Below, in pieces: positions 51,635 to 61,816 of a stretch of 64,000 nt of DNA. A model generated the notes under the pieces. The model ran no database searches. It was not told the DNA's origin and was given only the letters and a program-made list of their open reading frames with translations. A program made the translations under genes and the position numbers. The stretch's first letter is position 1. The number at the start of each line of letters is the position of its first letter. The stretch covers positions 96,001-160,000 of the forward strand of contig JAHPZA010000002.1 of the NCBI GenBank assembly GCA_019058445.1. Reading direction: 5' to 3'. This DNA comes from Promethearchaeota archaeon. Lineage in GTDB: Archaea > Asgardarchaeota > Lokiarchaeia > Sigyniarchaeales > SOKP01.

Positions 51635-52345
51635 TTACATCCCCCTTTTAAAATATCTTCTTAGTATTTTAAATCTCTTTTTTCTTTTTGAAACTCGCCC
51701 TATAATTTTATCCATCAAAAGATAGACATCTTCTGCAGAACCATCTGCTCCAACTTTCTCAATTAAACCATAATTATAGTTAAATGGAGCACCTCCTACA
51801 AAAAATTTAACTTTATCTCTGAGGTTTCGTTGAAACAATATATCTCCAACTCTTTTTACTCCAATTATATTATGTAACATCATTGTACTTACAAAAATAT
51901 ATTTTGCATCATGTTCTTGAGCAGCATCAACAAATTTCGCAGGTTCCACATCTAATCCTAGATCTATTACTTCGAAATTTTCCATTTCAAGAAATAATTT
52001 TAAAATTTTCTTTCCTAGTCCATGAAAATCGTTTTTAATAGTACCAAGAACAATTTTATCTTTAATATTTTCAGTTTGGTTATCTTTAATTAACCAAGGT
52101 TTAATTTTCTCTAGACTATCTTCGGCAATCTTCCCAACAGCTAATAGTTGAAATGCTGAAATGTTAATATACCCCTCATCAAAATAACTCTGAAACTTTT
52201 TTAGAATATCTAAAATGCCCTTGGTTATCAATTGATCAGGAGGAAGTCTTTCAGCTAATGCATTATCAACAAGAGATAATGCCTCTTTATATTTTCGCTC
52301 ATATGTATAGCTATAGAATTTATCTTTAAATTCTGTAATGTTCAT
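51635..52345 (-). CDS. Cobalamin-binding (corrinoid) protein
   Basis: DFHGLGK (DxHxxG), DLGLDV, VGGAP and GADG motifs. Confidence 0.9.
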   Translation of the reverse strand: MNITEFKDKFYSYTYERKYKEALSLVDNALAERLPPDQLITKGILDILKKFQSYFDEGYINISAFQLLAVGKIAEDSLEKIKPWLIKDNQTENIKDKIVLGTIKNDFHGLGKKILKLFLEMENFEVIDLGLDVEPAKFVDAAQEHDAKYIFVSTMMLHNIIGVKRVGDILFQRNLRDKVKFFVGGAPFNYNYGLIEKVGADGSAEDVYLLMDKIIGRVSKRKKRFKILRRYFKRGM

Positions 52346-52746
52346 CTAATATAACTTCGGTTAAAATAACTTCCGTGATTGCTTATATAGAATATTAAGT
52401 CTAATTTTATTAAATTCTTTACTTTATAAAATATAAAATTTTTATTAGCATGAAAAAATAAATGAATTTTAGGCTATTATCTAATGTATACTATAAACCC
52501 CCTGCCCACTTTAACATTCGCAGATCCATCTATGTGTATTGCTTTTTCGTGAATGTTGCAGAATTCGGTGATTCCTTTATCTATACACCGGAAAAGGAAC
52601 ACATTGAAAGATCCTTACCACCAAAAGAAGAGGCTATAATTTATAAAGATGTGGATCTCTTCAAATTATGCTCCGAACGCAAAAAATAGGAAGGAGAGTA
52701 AAGTAAAGTATAAAAATTTATCCAAAGTACGAGATAAAGAATTTAA

Positions 52747-53391
52747 TTACTTTTTACCTATGGCAGCAATATATCCTTTTTTCTCTTCAATATTTATTGA
52801 TATTTCATTAAAACCTGCTTCCAGCATAAATTGTTCCATTTCTTGAGGAGTATGGATTGGAAAATTACCTAATTTCGACCATTTTTCATTCCGTTTACGA
52901 AGTTTCTCATCATTACACTTATAAGCTTCATTGACTAAAAGTAATGTGCCTCCTGGCCTTAAAACATTAAGTATTCCCTTAAGATCATTAATTAAATCCG
53001 GCCAAAAATAATAAGTCTCAAAACCAGTGACCAAATCAAACGAGCTTTCAGAGAAGGGTAATGAAGAGACTGAACCTTTTTTAATTTCCACAATTCCATT
53101 TTTGATGAATTTCTCGTTTAATTTTTTTGAAACCTGCACAGAGACATCAGAATAGTCAATTCCATATACTTTACCTCCATTGATTTTCTGAGCAAAATTG
53201 TATATAATCATACCTCCACCACATCCAATGTCCAAAATGATATCCCTTGGATTAAATGAAATATAAGTCACGCCCCAAAACGCCATTTCAGAATGTCCTT
53301 TATTCATTCCTTTAGCAATCCATTTTCCAAATAGCCCTTTTGGTTTTCGGCATTGATTAATGAATTTTTCTTTTAATCCCATAAAAGTCAC
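52747..53391 (-). CDS. Class I SAM-dependent methyltransferase
   Basis: LDIGCGGG, GIDYS, LPF...FDLV and VLRPGG motifs. Confidence 0.9.
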   Translation of the reverse strand: MTFMGLKEKFINQCRKPKGLFGKWIAKGMNKGHSEMAFWGVTYISFNPRDIILDIGCGGGMIIYNFAQKINGGKVYGIDYSDVSVQVSKKLNEKFIKNGIVEIKKGSVSSLPFSESSFDLVTGFETYYFWPDLINDLKGILNVLRPGGTLLLVNEAYKCNDEKLRKRNEKWSKLGNFPIHTPQEMEQFMLEAGFNEISINIEEKKGYIAAIGKK

Positions 53392-53573
53392 ATTAATTTT
53401 TTAATTTTAATTGCATTTATTTTTTATCAAATTATACAGGTTTGTTGAAGAGGGATAAAAAACGGAAAATGTAGTTATAACCATTGAACATTGAATCAAT
53501 TATATATACAATTTAAAATTTAAAATAAGTATTTAGTAAATTATATCAATTTGTCCATTATGAATGAGTTAAA

Positions 53574-54227
53574 ATGACAAATATTGATGAGATATCCAAG
53601 AAAAAAGCTGCAAAAGCAGCAGGTCTCTCCTTTATAGCAATATTAATTCTAGGTCCAATCGCTATTCTCTTTATTCTTGATAGTTTGTTAGTGACAGGAA
53701 ATGCAGCAACAACCCTCAGTAATATTAGGGCTAATCAAATGCTTTTTGGTCTCGGGATTGGGCTATATCTTTTCATCCTTGCATTAGATGTTATTATTTC
53801 AGTAGCACTTTATATTATTCTTAAACCAGCAGATAAGAATTTAGCTATGCTTCAAGCGGTCCTTAGGTCGCTTTATATCGCGACTATGGCAATATTTCTT
53901 ATTGCTCTAGCATTCTTATATGTCGAAGCGTACTTTTATGCAGAACCTATTGCTTATATATTTTTTATCTCTCATCTCTTTGTACTAGGTATTGTAGTTT
54001 TCAAGGCAGGCTACGTTCCTAAAGTTTTAGGGGTCTTATTGATAATCGCTTCCATTTCTTATATAATCCTAACTTATGGAATGTATATTTTTCCTGAAGA
54101 CCTGAATGAAATTTTAATGATGATTGCCTTCCTTCCAGCTGTTATAGGTGAAATAACCTTTGGAATCTGGATTCTAGTGAAAAGTTCTAAACTCCAGGAG
54201 AGAATAGATGATAATATAGATAAATAG
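53574..54227 (+). CDS. DUF4386-like membrane protein
   Basis: GNAATTLSNI, PKVLGVLL and GEITFGIWILVK motifs; multiple TMs. Confidence 0.78.
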   Translation: MTNIDEISKKKAAKAAGLSFIAILILGPIAILFILDSLLVTGNAATTLSNIRANQMLFGLGIGLYLFILALDVIISVALYIILKPADKNLAMLQAVLRSLYIATMAIFLIALAFLYVEAYFYAEPIAYIFFISHLFVLGIVVFKAGYVPKVLGVLLIIASISYIILTYGMYIFPEDLNEILMMIAFLPAVIGEITFGIWILVKSSKLQERIDDNIDK

Positions 54228-54420
54228 ATTTAACTCTTTTTTGATTTTTTATTTCAATACTAAAAAAGATATATTTTTTTAATATCATACTTTCTCCTCA
54301 CACTAAAAATCCGATAGTAAGACTTTGAATAATTATATATACTTTTTTAGATCAATATATATCTTAAGCAAATAATCTTGAACTAAGATGATAAATTGCA
54401 TTCTGTAAAGGAGAACTTGA

Positions 54421-57111
54421 TTGATTGTTAATTTAAAAAATACTGAAAAGCGAGATATAACTGATTTGGGGGGAAAAGCTGTTAGTCTTAGTAAATTAAT
54501 CCGGAACGATTTTCCTGTACCCGATGGATTTGTTGTCACCACAGAAGCATACTCATTATTCTTGAAAAATAATGATCTCATCGAAATTATTAATAACAAA
54601 TTATCGAGCATTAATTACACTAATCATGATATAATAGAAAATTGCTCTAATGAAATTCAAGAGGCAATAAACAAAGGTAATTTGCCAACAGTTGTTATCG
54701 AAAGAATTAAAGAAGCTTATGACAATCTATATACTACCAATGTAGCAGTACGATCATCTGCAACCGCAGAAGATCTGCCAACAGCCTCCTTTGCTGGGCA
54801 ATATGATACTTTTCTAAATTTAAAGACACTAGGACAAGTAACTCAACATATCAAATCCTGCTATGCCTCTCTCTGGACAAGTAGGGCCATGGTATATAGG
54901 TATGAAAACCGTATTCCACAAAGCGATGTTAAACTAGCGGTAATTATTCAAGAAATGATTTCAGCTAAAAGTGCTGGAGTTCTTTTTACAATGAATCCTA
55001 TATCGATGAATAAAAAGGAATTAGTAATTGAATCCAATTATGGACTCGGAGAATCCATTGTTTCGGGCCAATGCAGCCCTGATCAATTTTTGGTCAAAAG
55101 AGAAAGCCACCATGGACTCGGAGAATTTATGATTGTAGATACTCAAATTGGAAAAAAAAATGTTGCGGTGTATCCAAAAACTTTAGAAGCTGAGAGCGGA
55201 ACTATGTTAACTGAGCTTACCGAAAATGAAAATAAATGCTCTTCTTTAACGAATCAGCAAATTATTCGCCTTTCTCAAATAAGTTCTCAAATCGAAAGGA
55301 TTTTTAAAGCCCCTCAAGATATAGAATGGGCGATAGATCAGGATGATAAAATTTATATTCTCCAATCCAGACCAATCACTTCTCTGGAATCTATTAAACA
55401 CGAGGATGATGTGTATTGGACTAGAGGTTATAGTGACGATTATTGGAACGACTGTTGTACTCCTTTATTCTTTGATTTGTTGGGAGATCCGCTGACCAAT
55501 ATTGTGAGTGTAGAACTTAATAATATCATGGGATATAAAGACATTGACACAAACCTATTGAAATTGTACCACGGTCATGTGTATTTCAATTTAAACGTTT
55601 TACGGAATAGAGTCAAATACGAAATTCCTAAAATTTTCCGAAATGAGGATCTGTTGAACTACTTTCCCGAAGGTTCGGGACATTATGGGAAAGAAACAAT
55701 GAAAAATCTTCCTTTCCGAATATTTAGGCGGATATTTTCTGAAGTTCGCATCATGATTTTCGATCCCAATGGTTCGATGTCAAAAACAGCTCCTACATAT
55801 TATGAATGGAGTAAAACTGAATTCGAACCATTTTGCAAAGAATTTGACTTAAGACTTGAGAGGTTATCGAAAAATGGAGATCTTCTCGGGTTGGCTGATT
55901 TAGCATATAAACTTGATCGTGTAATGGTTTCCCATTACCGCTTAATCCGGTACGGTCTTGCTGTTCATAATATAGGGATGAATTTAATGCTTCAATACCT
56001 TCTTACCAAATTTTTAGGGAAAGAAGATTCCTTACATTATTATCCCATATTGATTTCGGGATTGGAACATAAATTAACCGAAACAAATGATGATCTTCGG
56101 TATTTGGCTTCTATTATCCAAAAATCTCCCGAACTGGAATCAATAATTAATGAACAGGATTCACAAGATTTATATGCATACATTTCATCGAGTAAAAATC
56201 CTAAAGTACAAAATTTTTATAAAGAATTTAACGGCTTTTTGGATAAATTCGGTGAACGCGGATTTACTAGGGAAGTTTTTTACCCTAGATGGAATGAAGA
56301 ACCCCGATACTTATTCGATATCCTAAAAACATTAATTAAAGGTAAGGATCGGGACTACAGGGAAATTAAAGAAAAACAATTAAAGTACAGAGAAAAAATT
56401 GAAAAACTTGTAGAAGCAAAAATACGGTCACAACGATTTGGACTAATTAAATGGCTGTTATGTTCAAAAATATTAGATTCTGCCCGTACCTATCTCATAT
56501 TTCGAGAAGGACAGAGATATAATCTCGATCGCTGGACATACAGAAATCGAAAGGTTTATTTGGAAATTGGTAAAATTTTCAAGCAAAAAGGGATATTAAA
56601 GGACACTGATGATATTTTCTTTTTGCATAGAAGGGAAATTAAAAAAATATTGGACCAACCAGATGTGGAGTTTACTTCTATAATAAAAAAGCGACGGGAT
56701 GTATTTTTTAAATATGAGTATACCATTCCCCCTAAATTCCTTCATGGTTCCCGTGAATTTGATGATTTGTTTCAATATGATCAAGAGAGTCTTTCTTTTA
56801 AAGGGATTCCTGCGAGTCAAGGAATATTAACGTCAAAAATTCGCGTTATTAATAAGATTGAAGAGATCTCAAGTGTACAAATAGGAGAAATACTTGTTGT
56901 TCCAAAAACAGATCCAGGTTGGACTCCCGTTTTTTCAAAACTCGGGGGATTAATAACCGAAACGGGAGGTATACTGTCCCATGGTGCTGTTGTTTCTCGT
57001 GAATATGGCGTTCCTGCCGTCACCAATATTATTAATGCTTGTCAGCTCTTTAAAACGGGTCAGGTAGTTACTATTAACGGATATAATGGGACGGTTGTAA
57101 TAAAAAAATAA
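54421..57111 (+). CDS. PEP-utilizing phosphotransferase (PPDK ATP-grasp + central domain + swivel His domain; rifampin phosphotransferase-like architecture)
   Basis: GGKA, AVRSSATAED..SFAGQ, QDIEWA, LQSRPIT, TDPGWTP and GGILSHGAVVSREYG motifs. Confidence 0.9.
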   Translation: MIVNLKNTEKRDITDLGGKAVSLSKLIRNDFPVPDGFVVTTEAYSLFLKNNDLIEIINNKLSSINYTNHDIIENCSNEIQEAINKGNLPTVVIERIKEAYDNLYTTNVAVRSSATAEDLPTASFAGQYDTFLNLKTLGQVTQHIKSCYASLWTSRAMVYRYENRIPQSDVKLAVIIQEMISAKSAGVLFTMNPISMNKKELVIESNYGLGESIVSGQCSPDQFLVKRESHHGLGEFMIVDTQIGKKNVAVYPKTLEAESGTMLTELTENENKCSSLTNQQIIRLSQISSQIERIFKAPQDIEWAIDQDDKIYILQSRPITSLESIKHEDDVYWTRGYSDDYWNDCCTPLFFDLLGDPLTNIVSVELNNIMGYKDIDTNLLKLYHGHVYFNLNVLRNRVKYEIPKIFRNEDLLNYFPEGSGHYGKETMKNLPFRIFRRIFSEVRIMIFDPNGSMSKTAPTYYEWSKTEFEPFCKEFDLRLERLSKNGDLLGLADLAYKLDRVMVSHYRLIRYGLAVHNIGMNLMLQYLLTKFLGKEDSLHYYPILISGLEHKLTETNDDLRYLASIIQKSPELESIINEQDSQDLYAYISSSKNPKVQNFYKEFNGFLDKFGERGFTREVFYPRWNEEPRYLFDILKTLIKGKDRDYREIKEKQLKYREKIEKLVEAKIRSQRFGLIKWLLCSKILDSARTYLIFREGQRYNLDRWTYRNRKVYLEIGKIFKQKGILKDTDDIFFLHRREIKKILDQPDVEFTSIIKKRRDVFFKYEYTIPPKFLHGSREFDDLFQYDQESLSFKGIPASQGILTSKIRVINKIEEISSVQIGEILVVPKTDPGWTPVFSKLGGLITETGGILSHGAVVSREYGVPAVTNIINACQLFKTGQVVTINGYNGTVVIKK

Positions 57112-57210
57112 CGTATTTTAATAAATTCCCACCATAATTTCCAGCAAATTTAAAAAATATTGAGCATTGAAAACTAAAATAAATCAATAATAAAATTAAT
57201 AAAGTGAAAA

Positions 57211-58044
57211 ATGAATCATATAGAAGATGAATATGAGGGTGTAGATGGTACTAAATTATATTACCAAGCGTGGATTCCAGAAACTCCCAAAGCTGTCGTG
57301 CAGCTCATTCACGGTTTTGCCGAACATTCCGGGAGATATAAAAATGTGGCAAATCAGTTAGTGCCTAATGGCTATTTAATTTATGCTCACGATCTTAGGG
57401 GTCATGGGAAATCTGAAGGTGAAGAAAACTATGTGGATTCAATGGATCAATACGTCGAGGATGAGAAAAATTTTTATGATACCATTAAGCAAAAACATTC
57501 TAATCTAAAGATCTTCATGCTAGGGCATTCGATGGGATCTGGCATTGCAATGTACTTTACGAAAAAATACGAAAGCCTCTTAACCGGATTGATTCTCTCT
57601 GGAACCGCAAAATATTTCGGAGGAGAAGCTGGTAAAGTGAAGAAGGTTTTTGCAAAAAAGATGTCAAAAACTTTCCCTAAATTAAGAGCTAGTTCTGGGG
57701 TTGATCCTCAGCTACTGAGTCATGATCCTGCAGAAGTAGAAACATATAAGAACGATCCTCTAGTACATTATAAGAAAATTACAGCTCGGCTTGGATGGGA
57801 AATGATTAAAGGTTTTGAAGAAGCTACTGAAATCGTTGGGGACTTTAAACTTCCTGTTCTTATTCAAAGGGGAGGTGAAGACAGTGTAATGACAGGAACA
57901 GAAGAATTAAAGGATGCATTTACAGTTAGTGATTTAACCTATATAGAATATGAAGGATTATATCACGAAATTTATAATGAATTAGAAAAAGATCGCACGA
58001 AAGTTTTACAAGATTTAACTGATTGGCTTGATAAGCATCTTTAA
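57211..58044 (+). CDS. Alpha/beta hydrolase, lysophospholipase/monoglyceride lipase type
   Basis: HGFAEHSGRY, DLRGHGKS, GHSMG and YHEI motifs. Confidence 0.9.
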   Translation: MNHIEDEYEGVDGTKLYYQAWIPETPKAVVQLIHGFAEHSGRYKNVANQLVPNGYLIYAHDLRGHGKSEGEENYVDSMDQYVEDEKNFYDTIKQKHSNLKIFMLGHSMGSGIAMYFTKKYESLLTGLILSGTAKYFGGEAGKVKKVFAKKMSKTFPKLRASSGVDPQLLSHDPAEVETYKNDPLVHYKKITARLGWEMIKGFEEATEIVGDFKLPVLIQRGGEDSVMTGTEELKDAFTVSDLTYIEYEGLYHEIYNELEKDRTKVLQDLTDWLDKHL

Positions 58045-58063
58045 ATTCATAGATGTTATTCAA

Positions 58064-58975
58064 TTAAACTTTTTCCGTTCTTAGATGTTCTGACATCCCT
58101 GATCCAATTTCATTGTTATCCAAATCTTTCATTACAACCATTTCCTCGAATAATTCAGTAAAACCATCCGGAAATTGTCTTGCAAACCGAAAAATAGAAT
58201 TTTTATCGATTAATTTCGCTTCAATATTATAGTTTTTTCCGTGTACATCCGTAATATGGTATGTCGTAATAAGAGGAGTTTTTAATTTATCGTTATCGTC
58301 AATTATATCAATTTCCACATCTCTAATAGGTATAGTTCCATTATTATCTGCTATATACCTGGAGACATCGATTTTATTCTGATAATAATCTTTTCTCAAG
58401 CCGCAGTTCCAATCTTTAAACTGAAATTGACCTGCAATCCAATGGTCAACCCCATGCCAATCTCTTATTCCCCAACTTTTATCTCTTTGTCCGAATCCCC
58501 GTATCTTTCTTACTTTGCCGTCCCTATATATAAATTCTCCCGTAATTATCCCGGATGATTCAAAATGAGTATGCCATGCCACAGAAAAATCATTTTTAAA
58601 AACGTGCGTATTAAATCTGGTATCCCAGTTTATCTTGAATTCGAATTTCGTACAATTATAAATAATTTCCCAATTTTGGAACGGTGTAATTAAATTATAG
58701 GCGAGTCTTTTATCCCGCAGCATAATCTCTATATCTTCAACATATTTGTGAAGGATTGGCTCCCGATAGTAGATTATCCTTTTATTATCCACAAATAGGG
58801 AGAAGAATAATTCCCTTCTTTGTTCATTAGGAATAATTCCGATGGTAGAACATCCGGTAATTCTATTTCCGAGATCAATCCAATTCCAATAGTAAGCTTC
58901 ACGCCATTTTTGAATCTCTCCAGGTTTGTGGAGTAACTCATCGTCGTCCTTTAGAGTATTATTTTTATCTTTCAA
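58064..58975 (-). CDS. Beta-barrel (AttH/tocopherol cyclase-like) hypothetical protein, paralog 1
   Basis: WREAYYW, HFES and GQRDKSWGIRDW motifs. Confidence 0.7.
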   Translation of the reverse strand: MKDKNNTLKDDDELLHKPGEIQKWREAYYWNWIDLGNRITGCSTIGIIPNEQRRELFFSLFVDNKRIIYYREPILHKYVEDIEIMLRDKRLAYNLITPFQNWEIIYNCTKFEFKINWDTRFNTHVFKNDFSVAWHTHFESSGIITGEFIYRDGKVRKIRGFGQRDKSWGIRDWHGVDHWIAGQFQFKDWNCGLRKDYYQNKIDVSRYIADNNGTIPIRDVEIDIIDDNDKLKTPLITTYHITDVHGKNYNIEAKLIDKNSIFRFARQFPDGFTELFEEMVVMKDLDNNEIGSGMSEHLRTEKV

Positions 58976-59112
58976 TTCTATACTTAAGTATAAAGCTTTT
59001 TTTAAAATTTTAAATAACTTTAAAACCTTAAATTATTTAAACTTTTTAAACAACCATTCAAGATGTTTTACTTAATTGTTTACAAAAAAATGGAAAAGAG
59101 AGGCATTTAAAG

Positions 59113-60102
59113 ATGGAACCAATCACACATAAATGTGATTCTGATCATCCAGAGTGGAATGAGTCTTACTATCTAGCATTTTTTAACAAAGAGCAGAATA
59201 TAGGCGGGGTAAGCAGAATCGGATTTAAACCCAATAAAAGGGAAGGAATGACTTTTTTCTTTTTGTTCTTACCTGATGGGACAGCTGCTATATATCATAA
59301 AGAAGAAGAAATTAATGACTATTTAAATTTTCCGCCTGTGGGTGGTATGATTCATAATTGTCAATCCGATGGAAAATGGAATTATGAATTTGAGGGCAAG
59401 ATGGTTTTTCTACATAATCCAGAAGATCTACCGAAGATAAGTGAACAATCAAAATTGAGTTTGTTATTCAAAGTAATTCGTAAAAAATTATACAAAAAAC
59501 AAGTTAAAATGCGTCTTACATTTACACCTATTAATGATGTGTATGAATATAGCGAGTTCATGACTCCTGAATCTTTAGAACTCGGAAAGAAAGCAGGAGA
59601 TGAGCACTGGGAACAAATTGCGATTATATCTGGAGAAATAAAAATAGGAAATAAAACATATCTTATCGAAAATACTATCGGACAAAGGGATCATACTTAT
59701 GGGATTAGAGACTGGACGGGAGTTGGTGATTGGTTATATTATGTAATTTGGTTTAATAAAAACTTGGCGATTAATCCTGCAGCTATCATAGCTGATGATG
59801 GCCGTTTATCTATAGGGGGTTTTCTCTTTAAAGATGGAAAAAATATTCCATTAAAAACCGTTCGAATTATAGATCAGCAATTTCGAGAAGATGATGTCCT
59901 GCCTATAAGTTCCGAATTAGAGATTGTCGATTTTTCAGGAGTGAAACATATCTTAAAAGCAAAAGTTGGACCTATTATCCCAGTCCCATTTGAAGATAAA
60001 GAAGGAAACAAATCGATTTTAGTTCAATCATTTGGAAGTTTTGAATTAGATGGGATTTCGAACGGGTACGGAACATTCGAAACCTTAAGACGAGTGAATT
60101 AA
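59113..60102 (+). CDS. Beta-barrel (AttH/tocopherol cyclase-like) hypothetical protein, paralog 2
   Basis: WNESYY, HWEQ and GQRDHTYGIRDW motifs. Confidence 0.7.
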   Translation: MEPITHKCDSDHPEWNESYYLAFFNKEQNIGGVSRIGFKPNKREGMTFFFLFLPDGTAAIYHKEEEINDYLNFPPVGGMIHNCQSDGKWNYEFEGKMVFLHNPEDLPKISEQSKLSLLFKVIRKKLYKKQVKMRLTFTPINDVYEYSEFMTPESLELGKKAGDEHWEQIAIISGEIKIGNKTYLIENTIGQRDHTYGIRDWTGVGDWLYYVIWFNKNLAINPAAIIADDGRLSIGGFLFKDGKNIPLKTVRIIDQQFREDDVLPISSELEIVDFSGVKHILKAKVGPIIPVPFEDKEGNKSILVQSFGSFELDGISNGYGTFETLRRVN

Positions 60103-60258
60103 CATTATTTTTCATCCTAAATTTTATAATTTTAAGGATTTTTGATATTTAGTAAGTGATAAAGGAGTTTAAAATAGAAACCAATAAACATAAAATTAAA
60201 TATGTTTTAGTTTTTATTATTCATACATAGAAAAATTCAGCGAGATGACAATAAGAAT

Positions 60259-60657
60259 ATGGTTTCCCGCTTGGAATTAGTGCTTAAAGAATTAAATGAA
60301 AATGGGAACTTTCGGGCATCCTTGTTCTCAACTAATACGGGTTTAGTTCTCGCTTCACAAAAAGCAGAGGAAGTTGACGAGAGGGTTGTTGCTGCCATGG
60401 GATCGCTACTGAGCGATGCAGCAATAAAGGCTGGTGAAGAAATGGATTTATCTGAAGCTGAGGTAATGAAAATTTTTTATAGAAAGGATTATATTATCTG
60501 TAGGACTATCTTTATGCCAGATGGCAAGACTCAATTTTTATTAGCCGTGTTATCAAAAATTCCTGAAAGTGATGATGTAGAGAAATATTTCGACCAGCTC
60601 TTAGACTGGGCTGTGGAGAACTCTACTCCAGATTTAGAAAAACTCTCAAGTATATAA
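60259..60657 (+). CDS. Roadblock/LC7 domain protein
   Basis: 132 aa; GLVLAS...DERVVAAMGSLL pattern. Confidence 0.82.
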   Translation: MVSRLELVLKELNENGNFRASLFSTNTGLVLASQKAEEVDERVVAAMGSLLSDAAIKAGEEMDLSEAEVMKIFYRKDYIICRTIFMPDGKTQFLLAVLSKIPESDDVEKYFDQLLDWAVENSTPDLEKLSSI

Positions 60658-60772
60658 CTTATGCAAAATTAATGGTTCTCTATTTTTTATTTTACAGAGG
60701 AGCTTAAATAATTAAAATTGTTTATAATTTAGAATTGTAAATTATAAATATCTATTTTACGTCTCTACATTT

Positions 60773-61810
60773 ATGAAAGCGGCATTTATTAAAGAACATG
60801 GTGATTTGGATAAAGTTCAAATAGGAGAAGTAGATGTACCTCAAGTTGGTCCTAATGAGGTACTTATTGAGACTAAATTTGGGGCATTAAATCATCTGGA
60901 TCTTTTTGTAATTAGAGGTTGGCCTGGATTAACCCTATCGATGCCACATGTCATTGGAGCGGATGGTAGTGGGATTATAAAGGAGGTAGGCTCAGAAATT
61001 TCAACTTTATCTCAAGGTGATCATGTTACCATTAATCCCGGACTGAGTTGCGGAAAATGCAATATGTGTCTTTCGGGTCAGCAAGTACTTTGTAAACAAT
61101 TTTCCATTTTAGGGGAAAATAAATGGGGTACATTTGCTCAATATGTTAAAATCCCAGAAATTAATGTTTTAAAGATACCAAAAGATTATCCATTTGATAA
61201 AGCTGCCGCGGCTCCTTTAACTTTTCTAACTGCTTGGAGAATGTTAACCACTCAGGGAAAAATTAAACATGATGATTTTGTATTTATCCATGGAGCAGGT
61301 GGAGGAGTATCGTCTGCTGCAATTCAAATCGCCAAATATCTAGGGGCAAAGGTTATAGCAACTACTAGTACAGTTGAAAAAATTGAAAAAGCGAAAGAAT
61401 TGGGCGCAGACCATGTTATTAATTATAAGGAAATGAAAGATTATACAAAATTTGTATATACAGAATTAACTAACAAGCAAGGGATAGATATTGTTATTGA
61501 CAATGTTGGGCAGGCAACATTTCAAACGAGTATTCAATTGTTAAGACCTGGAGGAAGATTGATAACCTGCGGAGTAACATCCGGTCCATTTACAAAAATT
61601 AACGTCACAAATATCTTTTGGAAGCATTTAGAAATTAAAGGTTCTACGATGGCTAATCAAGGTGAATTTCGGGAAGTTATGCAGTTAGTATTAGCAGGCA
61701 AATTACATCCCGTTATTGATAAAATATATACTCTTGAAAAGGTCAAAGAATCTGAACAATACTTAAGTGAGGGAAACCAATTCGGGAAAGTCTTAATAGA
61801 GGTTTCTTGA
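60773..61810 (+). CDS. Zn-binding alcohol dehydrogenase / quinone reductase (MDR family)
   Basis: Structural Zn site CGKCNMC..C, GAGGGV, LNHLD and GKVLI motifs. Confidence 0.9.
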   Translation: MKAAFIKEHGDLDKVQIGEVDVPQVGPNEVLIETKFGALNHLDLFVIRGWPGLTLSMPHVIGADGSGIIKEVGSEISTLSQGDHVTINPGLSCGKCNMCLSGQQVLCKQFSILGENKWGTFAQYVKIPEINVLKIPKDYPFDKAAAAPLTFLTAWRMLTTQGKIKHDDFVFIHGAGGGVSSAAIQIAKYLGAKVIATTSTVEKIEKAKELGADHVINYKEMKDYTKFVYTELTNKQGIDIVIDNVGQATFQTSIQLLRPGGRLITCGVTSGPFTKINVTNIFWKHLEIKGSTMANQGEFREVMQLVLAGKLHPVIDKIYTLEKVKESEQYLSEGNQFGKVLIEVS

Positions 61811-61816
61811 TTTCTT

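Noticed and set aside
52462-52846. Short ORFs 52462-52689 and 52649-52846
   Set aside because: No motif; the second overlaps a real antisense gene; the first may be a fragment but is unsupported.
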